From positions 4,898,001-4,962,000 of the forward strand of contig JBHGNT010000011.1 of the NCBI GenBank assembly GCA_043228905.1: a DNA stretch of 64,000 nucleotides, in the 5' to 3' direction. The first letter of the stretch is position 1; the number at the start of each line of letters is the position of its first letter. This DNA comes from Azolla caroliniana (lineage: Eukaryota > Plantae > Polypodiophyta). The notes beneath the pieces are model-generated. The model did no database searches and had not been told where the DNA came from. It was given only the letters and a program-made list of their open reading frames with translations. A program made the position numbers and the translations under genes. Shown one piece after another: positions 1 through 9,892 of this stretch.

Positions 1-417
1 CTTTACAAGACCACACACATCACTATGAACAAGTTGTAATTTTCTTGTAGTGTGTGTATGACTATATTTTGGAAAAGAAGCACGATGCATTTTTCCAAGA
101 ATGCAACCTTCACATGCATGTTTTTCAATGGACTCAAGTGTAGGAAACCCAATAACCATATCCTTCTTTTGAAAGTGAAGCAAACTATTGAAGTTCAAGT
201 GACCAAAATGAGCATGCCAAAGCTCCATTTCAACCATGGAAGAAGTATGGACAGCCAAGGCATTTAGAGAGGCCCTCTTGTATGTATCCAAGCAGTACAA
301 GCCATTGCATAATGTAGATGACAACACCTCCATCTGTAGCCGAAGGCTCAATTTCTCCTACTCCAATGATAGCATAAGAGGCATTGTTTGCACACACCAC
401 ATATCCACCTTTGGGTG
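1..417 (-). pseudogene. Copia-A pol fragment: post-protease region, integrase HHCC zinc finger and start of core
   Basis: Minus-strand translation LWHAHFGHLNF...CEGCILGKMHRASFPK...LQLVHSDVCG; upstream GGYVVCANNASYAIIGVGEI. Confidence 0.85.
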
Positions 418-790
418 TGTTGAGCGGCCAGCTCAACTGGAGCCGGATCGGCTGAATAAGCCTAAGCCGGCAAGCAACAGAGCCGCTGAGTTGGGGAGAC
501 GGTTAGCCGGATCCAATCGGTAACCGGAAGCCTAGTATTAGTTTAGACTACTAGGCAATTATAGTCTCGTAGTAACTGTCAGAAGCTCGTGTGAGCATTG
601 AAGTGCGCAGTACTTCTGTTAGTCCCATGAGGACTTGTATAAATAGTGCTACTAAGCACAGTTGTATATACAAAGTGATTATATTGTTTTTAATATAGCG
701 TTTACGTTTTGCTCTCTCTGTCTCTCCCGTGTACTCTGTGTATTCTCTACTTTCTCTGTTTCCTAACGCTTCCTCAAGTAATCGTTTACA
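418..790 (+). repeat. Copia-B 5' LTR
   Basis: Direct repeat of 13512-13841 (about 17 substitutions plus a 43-bp indel by eye); followed by TGGTATCAGAGC. Confidence 0.95.
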
Positions 791-802
791 TGGTATCAGA
801 GC
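791..802 (+). promoter_or_regulatory. Primer binding site (tRNA-iMet) of Copia-B
   Basis: TGGTATCAGAGC immediately after the LTR. Confidence 0.9.
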
Positions 803-1017
803 ACGAGGGTTGAGAACCTCTTCAGCCGACAAACGCTTCAAAGCAAACCCTAACAGGTCATAAGAACAACAGACAGAGAAGTGATGGACAGAGGGATGGC
901 TAGCTCGCTCCCTGTGGAGAAACTCGACAGATCCAACTATGCATCTTGGTCGTATAAGATGCACTAGTACCTGCTTGGGCATGGCTACTAGAGTTTCGTC
1001 GAAGGAGCCAACGAAAC

Positions 1018-1490
1018 TGTTAAGAGTCTATTACTAATCAATAGACCAAATCAAGTAAAAAGGAAGAAAATAGATTGGATAGAAGAACCCGTTCCACCCG
1101 ACCACCCCCGAGCTATGATCTAGACATAGCCAACCTACCACCGACGTCCCATACCGCCGGATATTAGGATGACTAATACCTTGGAAAGATAAACACGATC
1201 GTCGAGACGAAAGCCTAGCCCGCACCACTGGTGTCTACGACAGCAGCCTTCCGACGTGATGATCCCTATGAGGGTAGCTAAGCCTCATATTTATACCTTT
1301 TCCTAGGCCCCTTGAATAGATGTGCCTTTCTAAAAGGCTCTCTATTCATTGGTTGTCTAAATCATGATAGTGCATGCACATATCATTCATTCTATCCAAT
1401 CATTAGTCCCCTTTTTAATAATAGTGAACATACCCTTCACTAATGTAAATATTAGTGACCTACCCTCACCAACGTTATGTGTACATAACA
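1018..1490 (-). repeat. Gypsy-C 3' LTR
   Basis: 473 bp, TGTT..AACA, matches 7740-8213. Confidence 0.95.
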
Positions 1491-1497
1491 TACTCCC

Positions 1498-4400
1498 CTA
1501 CTTCAAAAGATTGCACTCTTGCAATATAAAGTGAGGAAATTGTGCCTTAAGCGAATGCTCGCGTTCCCATGTGGCATCATCAATAGGTTTATCCATCCAT
1601 TTGATCTTGAATAGCCGAATCTCTTTAGAACGTAAACGTTTAGTACGAGAATCAAGAATTCGTTCAGGAACATGAGGTTTGTAAGAAAAATCCTCTAATG
1701 TTACAAGATCTTGGATTGTGATGGTGTTATCACCAGAGCCTAAAAATGGTTTTAGACGACTGATGTGAAAAACAGGATGAATACCAACGTTACGAGGTAA
1801 GGCAAGGTGATAAGCAGATGACCCAACTCGCTTAAGGATTTCAAATGGGCCACAATATCGTGGGGCTAACTTAGCGCACTTGCCCGTAGATAATGACGTA
1901 GAATCAGTCGGGACACGCAAAAAAACTTTTTGACTAATAGTAAATGCACGAGGACGTCTATCCTGATCAGCATAAAATCGAGCACGATCTTGAGCTGTCT
2001 TGACATTTTCTTTGGCAATATGCAACATTTGGTTCATGTCTTGCAAAAAATTGCGTGTACTGTCTAATGTATCACGATGAATCGTGACATCAACTGGGGC
2101 ACGTGGCTGAAAACCATACATCAACATAAAAGGACTATATCCAGTGGATGTATGTTTAGAGCTATTATAGGCAAATTCTAAGATAGGAAGGTATTGCTCC
2201 CACTTAGAAGGGGTTTTTGCTACATAAGCTCGAAGCATGTCCTCAATAATTTGATTAACTCGTTCAGTTTGTCCATCAGACTGAGGATGATCTGCGGAAC
2301 TCATGCTCAACGTAGTTTCTAGTTTCTTAAAGACCTGAGTCCAAAAGTCACTAGTAAACTTGGAATCTCGATCACTAACAATATCCATCGGTAATCCATA
2401 AAAACGAAATAACTCATCAACAAATTGATAAGCCAACTGTTGAGCGGTTACCGTGGTTTTTGTAGGAATAAATCTAGCTAATTTTGTTAGCCTGTCAACG
2501 ACAACCCATATGGCATCATGACCCCTCTGTGTACGAGGTAAACTAACAATAAAATCCATCGAGATACTTTCCCATTTATTGTTGGGAATATCTAAGGGAT
2601 GTAAAAGACCAGCAGCTTTAAGTCGTTCCGACTTATTAATCTGACATTGTAAGCATTGAGTTACGTATTTATGCACGTCAGAGCGCATCTTAGGCCAGAA
2701 AAAAGTACACGAGATGAGAACGAGTGTGCGTTGTATTCCAGGATGACCAGCAGATGGTGCATCATGACATTCATGAAAAATTTTCTGTTTAACATTTGGT
2801 AAATCTGGAACACAGACCTTTCCACTACGGTAGAGCAAACCGTTTGTAATGTGAAAGGTCGCCTTCGAGGGTAGGGTGCTAGTATCGGCATCTAAACCAG
2901 ATTCGGCTTTCGTCCAGTATTTTGAGAAATAACTGTCATCAAGGTATTTCCCTCGAAGGTGATCTAAAAGATCAGATTTTATTTCCGTGAAGCTAAGCAT
3001 GTTAACTTCTTTAATGCGACTAAGAGCATCAGCAACGGTGTTCATAGAACCCTTGCGATATCGTATGGAAAAATCAAAATCTTGCATAAGGTCAGCCCAA
3101 CGGCCTTTACGACCAACAAGATCGGGCTGGTCACAAAAATACTTTAATGATTGATGGTCTGTTGTAACCACAAATTTATTTCCATAGAGATAGTGCCTCC
3201 ATGTTTTAAGTGCGTGTATCACCGCAAACAACTCTTTCTCTTGAACCGAATACCGAGATTGAGCAGCATCAAGCTTCTTACTTTCAAAAGCAATAGGGTG
3301 ACCACCTTGATAAAGAACGGCACCAATAGCATAATCACTAGCATCGGTTTCAATTGAGAAAGGCTTAGAAGGGTCTGGTAATAGAAGAGTGGGAGCCTGA
3401 CACACATGCTCCTTGAGTTTCTCAAATGATTTGTCAAGTTGTTCATTCCATGAAATTGGTTTGACAGACTTACGTGGATGACCTTTTAAAAGGTCAGTTA
3501 ATGGCGTAGTCAATTTGGAATAGTTACGAATTGATTTTCGTAAAAATCCAACAAACCCTAAGAATGATCTAAGTTCACGAATATTACGAGGAATGGGCCA
3601 AAGTTTAACCTTTTCAATACGAGAAGGTTCAATTTCAACGCCAATTTCTGTAATTAAATGACCTAGGTACACAATAGATTTTTGGAAGAAGTCACATTTT
3701 GAATGTTTTGCATAGAAAGAGTTGTCACGCAACTTTCGCAAAACAAATCGAACATGTTGAACATGATCTTGCAAGGTACGGCTATATATCAAAATATCAT
3801 CCAAGAAGACGACAACAAAATCACCGAGTTGATCTCGGAAAACATCATTCATCGCTTGTTGGAATGTGGCTGGAGCATTAGTCAACCCTAATGGCATGAC
3901 TAAAAACTCATAATGGCCATAGCGCGTACGAAAAGCGGTTTTAGGAATATCATCCTCGGCGATGCGAATCTGATGATAACCAGTTCGTAAGTCAATTTTC
4001 GTAAAATATCGAGCCCCGTGGAAACGATCAATCAAATCATCGGCACGAGGTAATGGATATGCATTCTTAATTGTCATTTTATTCAAACGGCGATAATTGA
4101 TACACATTCGCCACGAACCTTCCTTCTTCTTGACTAATAGAACTGGCGCACCCCAAGGTGATTTACTATACCTAATGTGGCCCATACTCAAGTATTCCTT
4201 AAGTTGTTTAGCGATCTCATCCTCTTCTAATCGACTAAGTCGGTAAGGTGGAATGCTCACAGGAGCAGCCCCAGGGATGAGTTCAATTTGATGGTCCACA
4301 TTACGTTTAGGTGGTAAAGTAAGCGGTAATTCAGTAGGAAACACATCTTGAAAATCCTCTAAAATAGAGTCGAGTAATCGTTGCTCAAAATGTGGTAATT

Positions 4401-5901
4401 GTGTGGCGTCAATATTAAAATAATAAAATTGAACCGCAGGATCAATTACACACGAATAAATTAATGAACTAGAATACTCACTTAAAGATTTAGAAGACAC
4501 AAGTGAATGAGAAGGAAGTTTGGAACATTGAATAAAATGTTTACAATTATTAAGTTCAAATGTGATTGAGTGATTAACCCAATCAATGGACAAAGAAGGG
4601 TTTTTATTAAAAAACCAAGGATATCCTAAAATGACATCTGCGGATTGTAATTTCATAACATGAAAGTCAAGCTTCTCCAAATAAGTATCTATTTGAATTG
4701 GCAGTTGACAAACAATGCCACTGCTGTATTGAACGTTTCCATTTGCCATGTGAACTTGATAGATATGATCACTTGCGTTTATGTGGAGCTCCATTTGCTG
4801 CACAAAGTGATCATTAAGAAAATTGTGAGAACTACCGGAATCAAACAAGAAATGTGCTTGTGTTCCATTGATATATCCGACTGCTCGGAGTAAATCATTA
4901 GGTCCAAGTAAATGTGAAGGAAAAGTGCATTCACATAAACTTAAGTGATTGGTATGAACTTCAACAATATCAAAAGACTCACCTGTGTGACTCGTAGATT
5001 TGTCTTGAGGAGGGGTGTTCATTGACTTCCTCTCAAGACGACGACAGGTATCCTTTGTGTGGCCCCGCTTCTTGCAATATGCACAGAAGAGGTTCGGTTT
5101 CTTTGAGTCGCGGTCAAGAGTGTCACTGGATTGCTTACGTTTCCCAATGAACTTGACATTCGGAGTTTTGGCGAACTCAGGTTTATTGTGGTCTTTCTTG
5201 GAAGTCCTATGGTATCGCAGCACAATGTTGACGGCTTCCTCGAAAGTTGTGGGGTCCTTGTCATGGACAATCCAATGATAATCCCCATTGGGAATACCAT
5301 TCAAAAAACAAGCGACAAACCATTTCTCACCCGTAAGTCCCGATTTTTGGATCTGGGTCCGAGCGTGATGCACATAATCCTCGAGAGAGGTAAATGGCTC
5401 ACTAGACAATGTGAGCAAGTGTTGCGCTTGTTCGGTTTGAGAAGGTGGCTGCAAGAATTGTTTCTTAAAAACATCAACGAAACCTTCCCAAGTTGTGGGT
5501 AAGTTTTTTGCGGTCCTTAGGCCACGCCACCAAGCAGCAGCTCGGCCACCTAACTCACGACCGACATAACCAATTTTTACTGCATCGGGCTTGGGATGAA
5601 GCTCAAAGTGAGACTCCCAACGACCAAGCCAAGTGCTAATGGCCTCCTCGGTTCTTTCTTTCTTATCTCCCTTGAAAGGCGTGACTACGAAGGAAGGTTC
5701 ACCTTCTTTCTTGGACTCAATAGTTAATTCTTGGAATTTCTTTTCCAATGCCATATTGGCCTGTCTCATTTCGGCCAATTGATTCAAGGTAGTAGTGAGC
5801 AATTGCTCAATAGTGATCTCAGCTTGTGTGCGAGATGCGGATTGGGGTTGAGAGGTCTCATTTGGAGAGATCGTTCCAACTGCGTTCAAAACTTGTTCCA
5901 T
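1498..5901 (-). CDS. gag-pol: Gypsy Gag-Pol polyprotein, 1467 aa (Gag, CCHC, protease, RT, RNase H, integrase, chromodomain)
   Basis: Uninterrupted ORF with CAYCKKRGHTKDTC, LFDSGSSHNF, KIDLRTGYHQI, VFLDDILIYS, ETDASDYAIGAVL, H..H..CLQC, SMDF/SDRD/GQTERVN, RYCGPF, PERILDSR..IKW..DATWE. Confidence 0.97.
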   Translation of the reverse strand: MEQVLNAVGTISPNETSQPQSASRTQAEITIEQLLTTTLNQLAEMRQANMALEKKFQELTIESKKEGEPSFVVTPFKGDKKERTEEAISTWLGRWESHFELHPKPDAVKIGYVGRELGGRAAAWWRGLRTAKNLPTTWEGFVDVFKKQFLQPPSQTEQAQHLLTLSSEPFTSLEDYVHHARTQIQKSGLTGEKWFVACFLNGIPNGDYHWIVHDKDPTTFEEAVNIVLRYHRTSKKDHNKPEFAKTPNVKFIGKRKQSSDTLDRDSKKPNLFCAYCKKRGHTKDTCRRLERKSMNTPPQDKSTSHTGESFDIVEVHTNHLSLCECTFPSHLLGPNDLLRAVGYINGTQAHFLFDSGSSHNFLNDHFVQQMELHINASDHIYQVHMANGNVQYSSGIVCQLPIQIDTYLEKLDFHVMKLQSADVILGYPWFFNKNPSLSIDWVNHSITFELNNCKHFIQCSKLPSHSLVSSKSLSEYSSSLIYSCVIDPAVQFYYFNIDATQLPHFEQRLLDSILEDFQDVFPTELPLTLPPKRNVDHQIELIPGAAPVSIPPYRLSRLEEDEIAKQLKEYLSMGHIRYSKSPWGAPVLLVKKKEGSWRMCINYRRLNKMTIKNAYPLPRADDLIDRFHGARYFTKIDLRTGYHQIRIAEDDIPKTAFRTRYGHYEFLVMPLGLTNAPATFQQAMNDVFRDQLGDFVVVFLDDILIYSRTLQDHVQHVRFVLRKLRDNSFYAKHSKCDFFQKSIVYLGHLITEIGVEIEPSRIEKVKLWPIPRNIRELRSFLGFVGFLRKSIRNYSKLTTPLTDLLKGHPRKSVKPISWNEQLDKSFEKLKEHVCQAPTLLLPDPSKPFSIETDASDYAIGAVLYQGGHPIAFESKKLDAAQSRYSVQEKELFAVIHALKTWRHYLYGNKFVVTTDHQSLKYFCDQPDLVGRKGRWADLMQDFDFSIRYRKGSMNTVADALSRIKEVNMLSFTEIKSDLLDHLRGKYLDDSYFSKYWTKAESGLDADTSTLPSKATFHITNGLLYRSGKVCVPDLPNVKQKIFHECHDAPSAGHPGIQRTLVLISCTFFWPKMRSDVHKYVTQCLQCQINKSERLKAAGLLHPLDIPNNKWESISMDFIVSLPRTQRGHDAIWVVVDRLTKLARFIPTKTTVTAQQLAYQFVDELFRFYGLPMDIVSDRDSKFTSDFWTQVFKKLETTLSMSSADHPQSDGQTERVNQIIEDMLRAYVAKTPSKWEQYLPILEFAYNSSKHTSTGYSPFMLMYGFQPRAPVDVTIHRDTLDSTRNFLQDMNQMLHIAKENVKTAQDRARFYADQDRRPRAFTISQKVFLRVPTDSTSLSTGKCAKLAPRYCGPFEILKRVGSSAYHLALPRNVGIHPVFHISRLKPFLGSGDNTITIQDLVTLEDFSYKPHVPERILDSRTKRLRSKEIRLFKIKWMDKPIDDATWEREHSLKAQFPHFILQECNLLK

Positions 5902-6884
5902 GATGCACGTTGTGGGTATGCAATAAAATAAGGAGGTTCAGAAAATACACAAGCAAAATGAATGCTTGAAATTTTGATTGAAAGAACTTTATCCAAGAAA
6001 GTATCTCATGTCTTTACCCCTCTAGACATATGAGATGTGATTCGAGATCCGATAACTATGGTAACACTATGGTGTTTTAAAAACCATGGGGGAAAACATA
6101 GCTAAGATGTATTTCTCGGATCTCTATCTTGAGTAATCATGGCGGCTCCCCGAGGCTCAACCATGGTTCTTACATCAATGAAATTTCCTAGATAGCCTTA
6201 TATTAATGCCAACCCATCATGTATTATATGGTCGAGAAAGTGTATTACGTGAAAAAACAAGTGCACTCACAAGTAATATTCTAGTCTTGCGAGCAATAAG
6301 CAAACGTGATGATAAAATGATAAAATAAGGCACTACTCATAAGAGTTAAGTAGTGACGAAAACAAGGATAAAAAAAAAAAAACCCATGTGTTACCTACGA
6401 AAAAAACAATGTCCCAAATAAATGGGAAGTGCAAGGTATGCACATATACATCCCAATATGATTGTTATAACTTGCACAATTGTGACATAAGCCACAAATT
6501 GATACAAGTGATGACGGTGTTGTGCGCAAAGATGTAATACTCAAATCCATGAGTAAAACATCAATAAGGGAACTCATATGGTTTTACTCGTTTTCTAAGG
6601 CTTGATGATAAGAGTTAAACCTAGATGACCCGTTGAAAAAAAATCGTTCAACAAGCCACTCCATACGAAAAAAATAGTCTACACGTAAAGGTTACATTAA
6701 AAATAAACGATGTAAATACTTTATACATGAAAAGGAAGTGGAAAAAGGAGAGTTAATTGTGGGCGGGTAAATAATAATTACTAGAAAATCATATAAGTGA
6801 AACAATACTTATGAAATTAAAATTTAATTAGAATAATCAACAATTAGGTGTATGGAATCAAACATGCCCTAAGATACGAAACCC

Positions 6885-7300
6885 TAGGGTAGTTGACATG
6901 CACCTCCTCAAGACCACCACATATCCCTAGAATCGGCCAAGTAATGGCTAATTAAAGAGGAAAGTGGCATAGGTAAGTGACATATACCTCGTCAAGGCCA
7001 CATCATCCCTTAGAATCAGCCAATTGATGGCTAATTAAAAAGGAAAGTGGCATATGTAAGCTACATATACCTTGTCAAGGCCACAACATCCCATAGAATC
7101 GGCCAATTGATGGCTTAATAGAGAGTAGAGTGGCATAGGTAGGCAACATACACCTCGTCAAGGCCACATCATCCCTTAGAATCGGCCAAGTGATGGCTCA
7201 ATAGAGAGTAGAGTGGCATAGGTAGGCAACATACACCTCGTCAAGGCCACATCATCCCTTAGAATCGGCCAAGTGATGGCTCAATAGAGGGGAAGAGTGG
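6885..7300. repeat. 83-bp tandem repeat (about 5 units) in Gypsy-C 5' leader
   Basis: Unit starts at 6962, 7045, 7128 and 7211, plus a partial unit near 6885; each has GTGGC..GCCAC arms. Confidence 0.9.
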
Positions 7301-7739
7301 TATACTCAACATCCTATGCAAAACGGCCATGAGATAAGCGTGTGCGATTAGAGCAAACACGCTCGACCCAATGCACAAGAATAATTATTATCGTAAGAGT
7401 TCAAGAGAGGAGAGAGTGGGATATATATCGCAATATGCAAAAGGCCATGAGTTGAGCGTGTGCGATTAGTGCAAACACGCTCGGCCCGATGCATAATAAT
7501 AAGTAAAATCGTAGCGTAGTAGGAGGTAGAAAGAAAGAGAATAAAACGTAATACCAATTTGATTCGACCATAAAGAACGCATAATAGAAAAAGAGAAGAG
7601 ATCAAAAAAGAAGAATACCGGGTTTAGAGTGTTGTTTTGATCCTGAGAAGAGCATGACGAGCCTTGTTAGATCCCCCTCGCTCACACGCAAAAAACATCA
7701 AAACAACAAAAAAATTGTTAGTAAAAGCTCTGATACCAC

Positions 7740-8213
7740 TGTTAAGAGTCTATTACTAATCAATAGACCAAATCAAGTAAAAAGGAAGAAAATAGATTGG
7801 ATAGAAGAACCCGTTCCACCCGACCACCCCCGAGCTATGATCTAGACATAGCCAACCTACCACCGACGTCCCATACCGCCGGATATTAGGATGACTAATA
7901 CCTTGGAAGAGATAAACACGATCGTCGAGACGAAAGCCTAGCCCGCACCACTGGTGTCTACGACAGCAGCCTTCCGACGTGATGATCCCTATGAGGGTAG
8001 CTAAGCCTCATATTTATACCTTTTCCTAGGCCCCTTGAATAGATGTGCCTTTCTAAAAGGCTCTCTATTCATTGGTTGTCTAAATCATGATAGTGCATGC
8101 ACATATCATTCATTCTATCCAATCATTAGTCCCCTTTTTAATAATAGTGAACATACCCTTCACTAATGTAAATATTAGTGACCTACCCTCACCAACGTTA
8201 TGTGTACATAACA
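7740..8213 (-). repeat. Gypsy-C 5' LTR
   Basis: 474 bp; preceded on the + strand by GCTCTGATACCA (PBS rc). Confidence 0.95.
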
Positions 8214-9245
8214 GAAACAGCACCTGATGCGACACATAAGGACTTCCCAGTGTGGGAACAATCGACAAGCAGAGTGATGTACTGCTTCACGTCCAGTGTC
8301 GGAGACCAGCTGTTGAGCCACATCCGAGATGCCAAGACGCCGAAGGAGGCTTGGGGGAACCTAAAGAAGGTTTTCGCCGCGAGCACTACAGCCCGGAAGC
8401 TGCAACTCCGACAAGAGTTGAGCAATATCTGACAGAAGGACATGTCGGTGGCAGATTACACGGCCCGGATCAAAGAGATCTGTGACTCGCTTGCCTCAAT
8501 CAATGTTACCGTAGAGGAAGATGAGATGGTACAGGTCTGTCTTGGGGGCCTGGCGTCTAAGTTCAGAATATTCCGAACGGCGGTGTGTACAAGGGAGAAT
8601 ACGCCGTCATTTTTCAACTTACAGTCGATGCTCCTTGTAGAGGAGAACCACGCTGGTGTGTCAACTAGCGCACCAACTTACAGCCGGATGTTGTACACGG
8701 AGGCGGGTCGGCACGCAATGGAGGCGGCCGGCAAGGGCAAGAACAAAGGCACAGAGAACGTGTCGTGCCGATAGCAGTTCCGGGACTTCCACGGGCAGGG
8801 GGAGTTATGGCAGAGCCGGAGGCCGGCAAGACAAATCTGCAACGGAATGCTGGTACTGTGGCAAGAAGGTCCACAGAGAAAGTGAGTGCTGGAGAAAGCA
8901 CGCCGATTCGGACAAATCCGGATCCGGCAAGGCCAGCAAGGATGGCCGGCAAAGCTCGCACTACACGAAGGGATCAGGAGGATCCAAGAACGGTAACGGG
9001 CCAGCCTTGGTGATGAAGCACGAGGCGAACTCGATGAAGAAGACCACTTCCAAATCGGAGAAAGTGTGGTATGTTGATTCTGGAGCTTCGAACCACATGA
9101 CGAGCCACAAAGAGTGGTACTCCTTTTTGGAGAAACCGGATCAACCAGGAGTAGTCGAAACCGGAGACGACACTCCGCACCCAATCGTGCACGTTGGAGA
9201 AGTCCCTTTGAGCCATGTCGGACAGAAGGGGAAGCTGATGATTGT

Positions 9246-9892
9246 TGTCGTAGTGTATTTCCTACACTACATGAAAAACTTATAAAGTAACGTTTTAGTA
9301 AATATGAAGAAATAGAAGAAAATCCCAGAATAAATAATACATGCATAGGGCAAGATTCGAACCTTGCACCTCCATGTTAATAATGTAATGTCTTACCATT
9401 ACACTAGCATTTCATTAGTGTTTAAAAGTAGATGTTCCACATAGAAAGGTTAGTTAATGTAGGATAAACTTTAGTTAAAAGAAAAATGCATGCTAAAAGA
9501 AAAAGCTACGCATGCACATCTAGCGTGCATGAACGCTATAGTCGATAAAAAACACACAAGTTAGAAAAAGCATGATCACTTTAGATAAAGCATATAGTCT
9601 ATCCATAGGAAAAGCATGGAGTCTATAGTTAGAAAAAGAAAAACCATGGATTGCTAAGACTCCCTCATCACTACATAAGGATGGGGAGCACAATGTAAGA
9701 TGTGTGAAAAAGATTTGGAAACGGGATATGTTTCTCTAATACAATACACTCGTGGGATTCACAAGTTTGCTATAACTCTTTCTTACAACATATTTATATT
9801 CTTATTAGCCTTAAAACTCTCCTCTTCCTAGTCCAAAACCCCAGCGGTTCCCACCCGACTCACGCAACAATCTGGCACCGAAAGGCACGACA
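9246..9892 (+). mobile_element. Solo LTR S (Gypsy-type, related to the Gypsy-M LTR) inserted in Copia-B pol
   Basis: AT-rich 647-bp insert with termini TGTCGT..ACGACA. Host frame ..KLM|NVLHVPTIT is restored on removal with an imperfect 4-bp TSD (TTGT/ACGT). 3' end ACGCAAC..CACGACA is shared with 61682-61719. Confidence 0.7.
9341..9413 (-). other. tRNA-like Pol III A-box/B-box module in solo LTR S
   Basis: rc TAGTGTAATGG (9406-9396) and GGTTCGAATC (9363-9354), 43 nt apart; GCAAG/CTTGC T-arm-like stem. Confidence 0.6.

Larger units (their letters stand above)
1018..8213 (-). mobile_element. Gypsy-C: intact Ty3/Gypsy chromovirus inserted in Copia-B gag
   Basis: LTRs 1018-1490 and 7740-8213 identical except a 1-bp indel; TSD GAAAC at 1013-1017 and 8214-8218; PBS-Met rc 7727-7738; PPT rc next to 1491. 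Confidence 0.97.

Noticed and set aside
6885-7300. 83-bp units as hammerhead ribozymes, tRNAs or a CRISPR array
   Set aside because: The minus-strand TTGACGAG is not followed by stem II plus GAAA; there is no cloverleaf or GTTC B-box, and no spacers.
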